Part shown: positions 54,813-64,000 of the stretch, in pieces | Layout: the number at the start of each line of letters is the position of its first letter | How positions within the stretch are numbered: position 1 is the first letter of the stretch | Virus record (IMG/VR): IMGVR_UViG_3300027779_000018 | Location: 1-64,000 of that record | Reading direction: 5' to 3' (one strand) | Source: a virus | Length of the DNA stretch: 64,000 bases | Notes under the pieces: model-generated | Database searches by the model: none | The model's input: the letters and a program-made list of their open reading frames with translations, nothing else | Told to the model about the DNA's origin: nothing | Program-made: the position numbers and the translations under genes

Positions 54813-56714
54813 ATGACTGAGACAAGTGAAGTTAAACCTTTAGAAGAAACCATATCAGATTCGTTCCCATGTCCTGAAGGGGACATATTTGACCTACCAA
54901 CAAAAGAAGAAATTGTAAACGCATTTAATGAAATAGCTGCGTTGCCTGGCAAGATGGTTGGAAAAGTCCAAGAGATGAAGGCTGAGAAGGAAAAGGAAAT
55001 TGCAGCTTTATATAAGTCTTTAGAGGATGCAGATACAGAAGAAGCTAGAGCTGCGATAAACAAACAGATTGCAGAGAAAGAAAATTACATCAAGACTCAA
55101 ATCGAGGGTGTGATACAGAAAGAGATTGATGACGTTGTAGAAACTGTTGAAGAATTTGTTGATGTACTAAGTGACATCTTATCCCCATATTGGGATAAAG
55201 AAGGTTTAAATCGTGACTGGCAAAAAGAGGCAAGAGATGCCTTTGAACAATTACTTCAAGAGTTCCATCTTTATATACCAGTAAAAATTGCTGAATTATT
55301 GTCTAAGTTAGTTCCTATTAGTTTTGCAATTAATGTTTTGGGTATTCAGATTGATGTGTTAAAACTAGTCAGCAGTCCTTCTTATCAAAAAGAATTGCAA
55401 GACCAAATTTCGGGTATCAATTTTGATTTACAAATAGTAGAGAAGTTTAAAGAACTTCAAAAGATTAATGATAAAATAACAAAACTGGTGGAAGAGTTAG
55501 CAGACCCCGACATTAGTATGGAAGACCATATAAAGAAATCGGAAGAATTGTTTGCACTAGAGGAAGAAAAGAAAACAATTCTTGGGGCGATTGATATAAT
55601 CTACGATTTAAAAGATGGGTTTATTGATAAGTTTTGGCAACTTGTTCCTGAAGAGTTTAGACAATTTGATGGTGAATTCGGAGTAGTAGACAACAAAGCA
55701 AAAGCAAAGATAATTTGGAAATGGATTAAAAAGGAAATTAAAGAGTGGTTGCAGAATTGGTATCTTAAAGCAATCCAAAAGTTACTAAGTCTCTTTGAGA
55801 CGATTTGGAACTTGTTAGGTTTACCCGAATTACCCATCCAAATATTAATAGACATTATCAATTTTGATGTAAAGGCATTTATAACAAGTGCAATCAAAGC
55901 CATGAAAGATGCATGGAAAAAGTTGAAAGAAAGTTTACAGACAGACCTACAAAAAATAGAAGGTAAGATTGCAAAGGTTAAAGAACAATTAGCAGACCCC
56001 GACATTAGTATGGAAGACCATATAAGATTATCAACAGAGTTAGATACACTAGAAAAAGAATACAAAAAGAAACAGGAAGAGATACTTTCAGCTAAAGATG
56101 CATTTGTAAAACTGATTAAAGATACTATACTAGACCTTCAAATCTTTGGTTTTAGTATAGGAAAAATTTTAGGTGCTTCAATAAAATCAACTACTGAATC
56201 AATTGAAGAAGAAATTTCTGAAATGTTATTCGCACTGGAAGAATTTAAAATAAATTTCCATAAGAAGATACTGTTTGAATGGGTAACGCTAGTTAAGAAG
56301 TTTTTCTCAGCAATAGGATTGGGTGCAATTTTTGATTTCTTAACGATCACCTTATGTGACTTCTTAAAATTAATCGGTATGCCCATGGGAATTAATTTAC
56401 AGTTACCAGCGATAGCAGGTGTTATAAGTGTGGTCACAAAAGAAACTGTTCATAAACCTCACCCACAAAAAGACTATGGTAGTGACGATGGAGTTGCATT
56501 TACTAAAGTGAAGGTAGAAGATGATATAGATAAAACAGAATTCTCAGTCACAACTGGAAGTGGAACAATTCATGCATTTGTTGATGGAGTGGAAGTTGAA
56601 GCAGGAAGTGGAATGTCAGTTTCAGGAAACACAGTGACGTTTGATACTGCACCATTGACTCAGTTGGAATATGATGCTGGAATTACAAAAGATGTTTCAT
56701 TAATTAAGATATAG
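54813..56714 (+). CDS. Large helical hypothetical baseplate-region protein
   Basis: 633 aa, coiled coils, duplicated LADPDISMEDHI, beta-rich C-terminus. Confidence 0.7.
   Translation: MTETSEVKPLEETISDSFPCPEGDIFDLPTKEEIVNAFNEIAALPGKMVGKVQEMKAEKEKEIAALYKSLEDADTEEARAAINKQIAEKENYIKTQIEGVIQKEIDDVVETVEEFVDVLSDILSPYWDKEGLNRDWQKEARDAFEQLLQEFHLYIPVKIAELLSKLVPISFAINVLGIQIDVLKLVSSPSYQKELQDQISGINFDLQIVEKFKELQKINDKITKLVEELADPDISMEDHIKKSEELFALEEEKKTILGAIDIIYDLKDGFIDKFWQLVPEEFRQFDGEFGVVDNKAKAKIIWKWIKKEIKEWLQNWYLKAIQKLLSLFETIWNLLGLPELPIQILIDIINFDVKAFITSAIKAMKDAWKKLKESLQTDLQKIEGKIAKVKEQLADPDISMEDHIRLSTELDTLEKEYKKKQEEILSAKDAFVKLIKDTILDLQIFGFSIGKILGASIKSTTESIEEEISEMLFALEEFKINFHKKILFEWVTLVKKFFSAIGLGAIFDFLTITLCDFLKLIGMPMGINLQLPAIAGVISVVTKETVHKPHPQKDYGSDDGVAFTKVKVEDDIDKTEFSVTTGSGTIHAFVDGVEVEAGSGMSVSGNTVTFDTAPLTQLEYDAGITKDVSLIKI
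55497..56025 (+). repeat. Exact 37-bp direct repeat (55497-55533 and 55989-56025)
   Basis: TTAGCAGACCCCGACATTAGTATGGAAGACCATATAA twice, 492 bp apart. Confidence 0.9.
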
Positions 56715-56738
56715 AGTTAACTAACCCCTCACTCATGG

Positions 56739-56746
56739 TATAAATA
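56739..56746 (+). promoter_or_regulatory. T4-type late promoter
   Basis: TATAAATA just upstream of gp25. Confidence 0.75.
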
Positions 56747-56751
56747 GATAT

Positions 56752-57174
56752 ATGGCAATAGATATAACCAACGAAGCAAAAACCGTAGCTACCTCTAAAG
56801 GCACATACAGGGATTTAGATTTACTTTTTCGTGCGCACCCTCAGACTGGAGATGTAGTGGTACGAACCGATGCCGAGGCAGTTAAGAGATCAGTTAGAAA
56901 TATCATATTAACCAATCATTATGAACGACCATTTAAGCCAGGCTTTGGTGGTTCTATCAGAGACCTTCTATTTGAGTTGAATACGAGCAGACAGTTAAAG
57001 AAGGTACAGAGAAGACTTAAAGATATGTTGGAAGCATTTGAACCTAGAGTTAAGGATGTAGTGGTGAGTATCTTAACTCAAGATAGTAATGAAGTTAATT
57101 TAAACATACAGTATTCGATTATAAATATAGCACGCAACCAAGCGTTAGACCTCACAGTAACAAGGGCAAGATAA
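56752..57174 (+). CDS. gp25: Baseplate wedge subunit (gp25)
   Basis: AVKRSVRN..LT..YERPF.P.FG..LLFE..FEPRV. Confidence 0.92.
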   Translation: MAIDITNEAKTVATSKGTYRDLDLLFRAHPQTGDVVVRTDAEAVKRSVRNIILTNHYERPFKPGFGGSIRDLLFELNTSRQLKKVQRRLKDMLEAFEPRVKDVVVSILTQDSNEVNLNIQYSIINIARNQALDLTVTRAR

Positions 57175-57175
57175 C

Positions 57176-59047
57176 ATGGCAATTAAAAGTTCACAAATAA
57201 ACGTAACCGATTTAGATTTTGATGATATAGCAACTAATTTAAAAGGGTTTCTACAAGGACAAACCCAGTTAAAGGATTACGATTTTGAAGGTTCAACCAT
57301 GTCAGTATTGGTTGACCTACTTGCATATGCATCACACATTAGTGCAGTCAATACTAATATCGCAGGAAGTGAATTGTTCTTGGATTCTGCTCAGATCAGA
57401 AAGAATGTAGTTTCTCGTGCAAAGGACTTGGGATTTATCCCTGCGTCTGAAACAAGTGCAACTGCAATTGTAGATATAGCCATAAAGAATGTTAGGAATG
57501 CAGATGGAACTTACCCGACAGTTAGTGAAATGTCTCTTCTAAGAGGAAGTCAATTTAGAACAATATATGATGGGAACCAATATTTCTTTGTTGTTCCCAA
57601 TACAGTAAAACCAATACAAAATGGTGGGACATATAATCTAACAAGTGTTCCATTAGTACAAGGAACATATGCTTCGGATACATTTGTTTTTGACAACCAA
57701 GTTGGTAATCCAAAATTTGTATTATCCAACGAAAGGGTTGACAGATCAAGATTAGAGATAGCCGTAAACTCAGGTGGGGTTTCAACAACTTATACACTAT
57801 CTACTGATGTGTCAATGATTAAAACCACTTCAAAGGTTTATTACGCACAAGAGAATGAAGATGGGTTTGTTGAAATTTATTTTGGAGATGGTACACTAGG
57901 TGCATCTCTAGTAGATGGTGACATTATCGAAGCCACTTATGTTATTGTAGATGATACCCATTGTAATGGAACAAAAACTTTTACACAGATAACAGCTGTT
58001 AATGGTTATACAGATTCAACAGTGACTATAAAACAAGCTGCAGAAGGTGGTATAGAGAAAGAGTCCATTGAATCAATCAAATTTAAAGCAACAAAGTTCT
58101 ATACATCTCAGAACAGACTGGTAACACTGAATGACTACAAAGCAAAGGTCAGTGAGTATTACCCGAATGCAGATGCAGTTGCAGTATGGGGTGGAGAAGA
58201 TAATGACCCACCACAATACGGAAAAGTGTTTCTTGCAATCAAACCTCTAAACTCAGATTATCTTTCAGACACAGAGAAGAAAAACATTACCTCTAAGTTA
58301 AAAAGTTTGAACATGTTAACAGTAAGGCCTGAGATAATTGATGCAGAGATAATTAAAGTTCTTATATCCTCAACTTTTAAATACAACGAAAGAGGAACAA
58401 CTTTATCAAAAGGTGAATTAGAATCATTGGTAACAACAACTATCAATAATTATGATAACCTTAAGTTAACAAACTTTGATTCAATCTTTAGACACTCAAA
58501 TTTAGTTAAAGACATTGATGAGGCTCATGGAGCAATCATGAGTAACACTACTAACATTAGATTGAAAAAGAGTTTACCTGCGAAGACAGGACAACTCTTA
58601 AGTTACACTATACTCTTTGGAAATGGATTATACAATCCTAACTCAGGGTACAATGCAACTAGTGGTGGTATAACAACCACAACAGGATTTTATGCACTTG
58701 GTGATGCAACCAATATCCATTACTTCGATGACGATGGTAATGGAAATTTGAGAAGGTATTACCTCTCAGGTGCAACAAGAATATATGTAGATAAGACAGC
58801 TGGAACAGTTGATTACACTACAGGAAAAATTTCGATTGAAAGCATCAGTTTTACTTCAACAGTAAATGCAGATGCAACAATTGACTTCACAATGATACCT
58901 CTCAGCAGTGATGTTGTTGCAACGCGAGGAATCTTAGTTGATATCTCGTCTGCTGATATAAAGGTAGCAGGTGAGATAGACACCATCGCAAGTGGTGAAT
59001 CGAGTGCTGGTGTAGGGTTTAATTCTACATCGAACTCAACATATTAA
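57176..59047 (+). CDS. gp6: Baseplate wedge subunit (gp6)
   Basis: LDFD.I..NLK, DYDFEGS, FLDSA..R..VVS.AK.LG, QNRLVT.NDY, WGGEDN.PP.YGKV. Confidence 0.94.
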   Translation: MAIKSSQINVTDLDFDDIATNLKGFLQGQTQLKDYDFEGSTMSVLVDLLAYASHISAVNTNIAGSELFLDSAQIRKNVVSRAKDLGFIPASETSATAIVDIAIKNVRNADGTYPTVSEMSLLRGSQFRTIYDGNQYFFVVPNTVKPIQNGGTYNLTSVPLVQGTYASDTFVFDNQVGNPKFVLSNERVDRSRLEIAVNSGGVSTTYTLSTDVSMIKTTSKVYYAQENEDGFVEIYFGDGTLGASLVDGDIIEATYVIVDDTHCNGTKTFTQITAVNGYTDSTVTIKQAAEGGIEKESIESIKFKATKFYTSQNRLVTLNDYKAKVSEYYPNADAVAVWGGEDNDPPQYGKVFLAIKPLNSDYLSDTEKKNITSKLKSLNMLTVRPEIIDAEIIKVLISSTFKYNERGTTLSKGELESLVTTTINNYDNLKLTNFDSIFRHSNLVKDIDEAHGAIMSNTTNIRLKKSLPAKTGQLLSYTILFGNGLYNPNSGYNATSGGITTTTGFYALGDATNIHYFDDDGNGNLRRYYLSGATRIYVDKTAGTVDYTTGKISIESISFTSTVNADATIDFTMIPLSSDVVATRGILVDISSADIKVAGEIDTIASGESSAGVGFNSTSNSTY

Positions 59048-59130
59048 TTATGTATAAAGTGGTGTGAGATGGTAGGTTCCATGCTCACAGTAGCATCCCA
59101 TTAACTTGGTTTTTATAGGAGAAAACAACA

Positions 59131-59619
59131 ATGGCAGATAAAAAAATAAGTGCATTAACACAGGTTTCTGATTCAGATATCGGTGCTGATGATTTACTAC
59201 ATATCGTAGATAATCCCGGCGGAACGCCCGTCAACAAGAAAATGACTATTGGTCAAATGTTTGAAAATATCCCTACTCACTTAGCAGTAGATGATATTAC
59301 AACTTTGACTGCAACTGCATCAAACCTTGCCTCATCATTCGCAACCGCGATTAATTTGTCAGGTGCGTCAGGAAACGTAGCATTTACATTAGACAATGGA
59401 ACAGATACAGGACAATTGAAAGTAATTTATGCTTCTCATGAACCTGCCTCTTCTTATGTCGCAAATATTACTGTAACCTCTTGGGGTTCGAGCGGAACTG
59501 GTACAAACCAAATCGTTCTTTCAACTTTAGGTGAATCAGCAGTATTAATTTGGAATGGTTCAAACTGGTTTGTAATTGCAGACTCAGGAATCACTTCATC
59601 AAGAGCAGCCATTACTTAA
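59131..59619 (+). CDS. Virion structural protein
   Basis: MADKKISAL...DL.HIVD...NKK.T N-terminus; AGGAG RBS. Confidence 0.7.
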   Translation: MADKKISALTQVSDSDIGADDLLHIVDNPGGTPVNKKMTIGQMFENIPTHLAVDDITTLTATASNLASSFATAINLSGASGNVAFTLDNGTDTGQLKVIYASHEPASSYVANITVTSWGSSGTGTNQIVLSTLGESAVLIWNGSNWFVIADSGITSSRAAIT

Positions 59620-59633
59620 TACGAGTATAATCT

Positions 59634-62600
59634 ATGTCACATGAAAAATATGTCAAGGAAAGACTCTCACACAGACTTCCCTCTTTACTCCCTGAGTATT
59701 TAAGAGAAGAATCTCCTGCGTTTGAGGCCTTTCTAAAAGCATACTTTGAATACCTTGAGGCAGAAGTATTAGTACTTAAATCTCAAAGTGATATAGATGG
59801 TTTCTTATCCGAGGACGGTACTGGTAGTCTACTCCTAGAGAAGGCCACCAGTCACCCCTCACCTGATGAAGATTCATCAAAAATTCGTCAAGAAAGAAAT
59901 GCACTAAATCCTATTCAGGATGCAGACCCTTTCAAGCTTGGTGAATACATTGTCGGAAAGACAAGTAAGTCCGTTGCAAAAATCGAGGTAATCAACGGTA
60001 ATACACTTTACCTCAAATCAATTTCAGGTAATGGTTTTGCATCAAATGAAACTGTTACAGGAAGGGTGTCTCAACAAACAGGTATAGTTAGTACATTTAA
60101 AGAGAATAACATCCTTGCCAACAATCGACTATTAGATTATTCTGATATCGATAACACGACAGAAGACTTCTTAGAGTATTTCCAAAAGGACTTCATGCCA
60201 TCATTAGATTTGGCATCTCTAAAGAACAAACGATTAACAATCAAAAATATCAAAGACCTTTATAAAAAGAAAGGTACAGCCGAGTCAATAGAATTCTTAA
60301 TGAGAATTTTGTATGCTCAAGACGCAACAATAAGATATCCAATCAATGAGACAATCCATTTAAGTGAGTCGGGATATACACAGCAAAGAAGACTAAGAGT
60401 AACAATGGATTCAGGAATTCCTGAAGCAAACGATAGAATTACTGCATACGATGGGACTGCCATTATTGCACAAGCTGTCATTGAGAATGTATGGATTGAT
60501 GATGCTGATGCTGGACTGTATGCATTTGAAATAATGAACAACCATATAGGAACCTTTACTAAGGATCAAGCAGTAACAATTTTAGATCGCGATGGTGTAA
60601 CGACACTTACTGGAAAAATCAATGGTATTATTTCAGATGTTACAACAGGTTCATCGACTTACTTCGATCATGAAGATAGTGGTGACATACTTTTAGAATC
60701 AGGTCTAGCTGCAGTCTATAGTGGAACTTATGACGGAAGTCAATTAAATACAGAAGCTACTCATGGTGGTGGTGCATTACTAGAAACTAAAACATATCCT
60801 TTTGGTTCACTGTACACCATGAACGACAAGATAAACATTGTTGGTGGTAAATCTGATACAGATACTACAGAATGTCTTGCAGTAATTAATGGATTAATTG
60901 AAGGTCAAATTTCAGAAATCTTGATTGAAACCGCAGGTATAAATTATGAAGCAGGTGACATGGTTGTATTTGAAGGTGGAGAAGGTGGCAATGCAGAAGC
61001 AGTCATTGGTTCTACTGGAGATGAGATTCTATTAGAAGGTGGTTCAACATTTGGACACTACGAGATCACCACAATTACAAACCAAACCCAAATAGGTGGA
61101 GCTGGTGTTAAAGATAACAATGGACACTTTATCATCTTCAATGATAATGCACTCGATGTATATCTTGATGGTATTCTTAAAACTCCAACCGTAGATTACA
61201 CTTGGAAAAATGACAGGGTAGTGTTTGGAAGTGCGTGTTCAGCAGGTCAATTAGTAGAACTTTATACTGAGTATAACAGAGTTGTATACGAAGATGGAAG
61301 TTCCATCGACTATGACGGTTATATGAATGGTGCAACTAGAGTTGCTGATGATGGAAGAATCAGAAGTATCCTCATTAAGGACGGTGGAAAATTTAAAGAG
61401 ATTCCTAAAATATATCCCGGCGGATACATTTATTGTGCAGACCCATCATTGTTTGAAAAAGGTGAAGTAGTCACAGGAACAACCTCAGAAGCAACTGGAA
61501 CTATTGTAAGATTAGACAGTGAAAACAAACGACTTCTTATCAAAAGACTCCCAACAGACACAGGAGTGTTTGCAGTTGCAGAATTAATAACAGGTGGAAG
61601 CTCTGAAAATACTGATACTATAGTACAAACAACTGTATCCAGTGGAACAGGTGCAAAACTTTATTGTTATTCAGATACCATTGGTGGTGTTGGATCAATA
61701 AACATTAGAAACCAAGGTAACAAGTTTGATGCTGACGGACTCGTGTCAGGAACTTCATACTTCCCTATGTTGATTAAGACACCTAGTGCAAACTTAACAA
61801 AAGGTTTAGTTCTTACTGGTACGTTATCGGGAACCACTGCTGAAGTTATCACATACAATAGTGATACACACATTCTAACTTACACAACTAATGCTGGTGG
61901 CTTCTATGATAACGAGAAAGTTACCTATAACATTTCCGATTCCTTCCAAACACTTAAATCCAATACCTTTGATGGTCGTGGTTTATTTGCAGGGGAAGGT
62001 ATCATTGAAGAACAGATGGTTGGAGATTATGGAACACTTAATGCAGAGGCATCAAGAGTTCAAGACAGTAAATTCTATCAATCACATTCATATGTAGTTA
62101 AGGTTGGAGAGTCTATTAATAAGTGGAGAGGTATTGTTAAAGACTTACTTCACCCTGCTGGCCATGTATTCTTTGGTGAGGTTGCACTTAAACAATCAAT
62201 CAACACAGTTGTAAGTGAACAGTTCAGATTTATGCCGACTATCATCATTCATGGCGACCCAACACTAGCTGTACCAACACCGTTTTCAAATTCATCTAGA
62301 AAGATAATGTTCTATACCCTTTCGGATGAGATGAATGATCCATTCACAGTTCTAAAAGAAGCAGGACAACCAGCATACAACACAGACCCTACAACTGGTG
62401 GTGCTTTATCAGCATTCGCAATGGTAGCGGGAGTACAGACAGGAGAGGGAACAGAATTCTACGACTCTATGATGAGAAGTAGACACATGAACGTCCACAG
62501 AATTAAGTCTGTTGATGTAGCAAGTGTACAAACAGGTACTTATTCACATGACGGTATTCCAACAGTTCTTTCATTAGACTGGAATGATAACGGATGGTTG

Positions 62601-63299
62601 AATGGTCGAAGTGAAATGTTATACAGGAAAGCACAAGACGGAAAAATTATACAACTGTATAATCCTAACCACGAAAGTCTAATATTAGAGGATGGTGGTT
62701 TAATAGAACAAGAATCCGTTCCAAACTATTTAAGGTTTGATGAAAGAATAGCAGGAGAAGTATACTTTCAGGGAGACTATGGAGAACGTATAGTAACAGA
62801 AGATGGTTTAGATTTGATTAACACAGAAGATGCAACGGTACTTAATGAAGTACAGCATTTTGTATCAGAAAGATCAATAGAATTAGAGTCTGGCGGAATA
62901 TATTTTGAGGACGGAGACAGAATAGCAACTGAATCAGGACAAGCATTCATCCAAGAGGACATGTCCGAAATAGGAATTACTTCGTATGTTCCATTAGGAA
63001 GTACTTTAAGGAGTCTAAATACCATTACTGGTCAAAGAATATTTGATATTTCATATTATCTAAAAGATGAAACAGATAATGATGATATTGCATTAGAAGA
63101 CGGTATACCTAATGGTGCATCGGGATACAGTAGTGCAGGTAGTTCATTCTTAATGAGTGAATTATCAAAGGCAGAGGGATTAAGGATTCAAGATTTAACA
63201 TCGTATTACCCCAACTTCTTTATACCCGAATATGAGAATCAAGAAAGAAAACGAACAAATATTACATACAGTGCATACATTAAGTCTGCAACTGCATAA
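59634..63299 (+). CDS. Baseplate wedge initiator (gp7-like)
   Basis: F..FLKAYFEYLE, IK.IKDLY.KKGT..S..FL.R.L, QDS.FYQ.HSYV, LHPAG..FGE. Confidence 0.8.
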   Translation: MSHEKYVKERLSHRLPSLLPEYLREESPAFEAFLKAYFEYLEAEVLVLKSQSDIDGFLSEDGTGSLLLEKATSHPSPDEDSSKIRQERNALNPIQDADPFKLGEYIVGKTSKSVAKIEVINGNTLYLKSISGNGFASNETVTGRVSQQTGIVSTFKENNILANNRLLDYSDIDNTTEDFLEYFQKDFMPSLDLASLKNKRLTIKNIKDLYKKKGTAESIEFLMRILYAQDATIRYPINETIHLSESGYTQQRRLRVTMDSGIPEANDRITAYDGTAIIAQAVIENVWIDDADAGLYAFEIMNNHIGTFTKDQAVTILDRDGVTTLTGKINGIISDVTTGSSTYFDHEDSGDILLESGLAAVYSGTYDGSQLNTEATHGGGALLETKTYPFGSLYTMNDKINIVGGKSDTDTTECLAVINGLIEGQISEILIETAGINYEAGDMVVFEGGEGGNAEAVIGSTGDEILLEGGSTFGHYEITTITNQTQIGGAGVKDNNGHFIIFNDNALDVYLDGILKTPTVDYTWKNDRVVFGSACSAGQLVELYTEYNRVVYEDGSSIDYDGYMNGATRVADDGRIRSILIKDGGKFKEIPKIYPGGYIYCADPSLFEKGEVVTGTTSEATGTIVRLDSENKRLLIKRLPTDTGVFAVAELITGGSSENTDTIVQTTVSSGTGAKLYCYSDTIGGVGSINIRNQGNKFDADGLVSGTSYFPMLIKTPSANLTKGLVLTGTLSGTTAEVITYNSDTHILTYTTNAGGFYDNEKVTYNISDSFQTLKSNTFDGRGLFAGEGIIEEQMVGDYGTLNAEASRVQDSKFYQSHSYVVKVGESINKWRGIVKDLLHPAGHVFFGEVALKQSINTVVSEQFRFMPTIIIHGDPTLAVPTPFSNSSRKIMFYTLSDEMNDPFTVLKEAGQPAYNTDPTTGGALSAFAMVAGVQTGEGTEFYDSMMRSRHMNVHRIKSVDVASVQTGTYSHDGIPTVLSLDWNDNGWLNGRSEMLYRKAQDGKIIQLYNPNHESLILEDGGLIEQESVPNYLRFDERIAGEVYFQGDYGERIVTEDGLDLINTEDATVLNEVQHFVSERSIELESGGIYFEDGDRIATESGQAFIQEDMSEIGITSYVPLGSTLRSLNTITGQRIFDISYYLKDETDNDDIALEDGIPNGASGYSSAGSSFLMSELSKAEGLRIQDLTSYYPNFFIPEYENQERKRTNITYSAYIKSATA

Positions 63300-63332
63300 A
63301 TAGTATTATAAATATCTAGGAGATAGAAACAA

Positions 63333-64000
63333 ATGGCAGCAATAATCACAGAAAAGTTTAGAGTGCATAACGCTAGACAATTCAAAGAAGACTTTGGAGA
63401 AAGTGCTTCTTCAACATACATATTCATAGGTCGATCAAATTCGTGGCCTATAGATACATCCCCCCCAACACCAGTAAACGGAACTTCAGAGGAAGTTGAT
63501 GCGTTTTCTGATATGATTGCACTTAAGAAAGTAGCAACTGCTGATGTGTCTCATGGATTAACAAGATACGACTGGACTACAGGAGTTACATACGATGAGT
63601 ACGCACACGATTACTCAGCAAGTAATACTTCTCCTTCAGGTGCAACAAGTTTGTTTGCATCAAAGTTCTATGTTATGACAGACGAGTATCATGTTTACAA
63701 ATGTCTCAGAACTGGAAAAGATTCAAATGGTGCTAATGTTGCTTCAACAGTTAAACCAACAGGAACTTCCGCAACGACATTAGTATCAACCTCAGATACA
63801 GGTGCAACTCGTTATGGTTACGTTTGGAAATATATGTATACTGTTACTGCCTCAGATACTATTAAATTCGTAACTAACGATTTCATCCCAGTTAAAACAT
63901 TGGGAGCTCAAACAGAAATCAATGGAGACCTAGGTGCTTACGGTTCAGCTGGAACAGATGACGGTTCATCTCAGTATGATGTCGAAGTAGCAGCAGTAGA
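63333..64000 (+). CDS. gp8: Baseplate wedge subunit (gp8-like), 3'-truncated
   Basis: MAAIITEKFR.HNA..F, YIFIGR...W, R.DWT.G..YD.Y, VYKCL, GYVWKYMY; TATAAATA and AGGAG upstream. Confidence 0.88.
   Translation, partial: MAAIITEKFRVHNARQFKEDFGESASSTYIFIGRSNSWPIDTSPPTPVNGTSEEVDAFSDMIALKKVATADVSHGLTRYDWTTGVTYDEYAHDYSASNTSPSGATSLFASKFYVMTDEYHVYKCLRTGKDSNGANVASTVKPTGTSATTLVSTSDTGATRYGYVWKYMYTVTASDTIKFVTNDFIPVKTLGAQTEINGDLGAYGSAGTDDGSSQYDVEVAAV

Noticed and set aside
879-63427. Numerous antisense or nested ORFs in the track (e.g. 879-1181, 7904-8164, 32716-33135, 45788-46174, 55601-56065)
   Set aside because: They are shadows of well-supported genes on the opposite strand or in another frame, with no RBS or recognisable motifs.
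1-64000. Alternative genetic code (stop-codon reassignment)
   Set aside because: Core genes are full length in the standard code, and TAA, TAG and TGA all occur as apparent stops.

Overview
This is a 64-kb segment of a large T4-like (Tevenvirinae/Kyanoviridae-style) myophage genome. The host is probably an aquatic Gram-negative bacterium, inferred from spanins, an outer-membrane porin and bS21. All calls come from motif and family recognition by eye; no searches were run. In order, the window holds: late/virion genes and tRNA-Thr (1-6.2 kb); primase, nrdA, an inserted 2OG-Fe(II) oxygenase, nrdB and glutaredoxin (6.3-11.9 kb); small early genes behind sigma70-type promoters, spanins, a 2OG-Fe(II) oxygenase cluster, a TorF-like porin and tRNA-Ala (12-23.5 kb); a largely non-coding control region with divergent promoters, paired hairpins and four perfect tandem DnaA boxes (23.8-25.9 kb); a modification-enzyme block with split carbamoyltransferase, IscA, RimK-like ligase, RNase H, radical SAM and SDR (26.8-36 kb); more early genes, then gp33, gp59, gp32 and ribosomal protein bS21 (36-45 kb); and the tail/baseplate module (45-64 kb). 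The strongest leads are the DnaA-box array, a predicted -1 frameshift fusing the gp26-like and gp51-like genes, several candidate structured RNAs (one CCA-ended, next to tRNA-Ala), leaderless early genes alongside bS21/RimK, and a tRNA-Thr with a compensated elbow pair.
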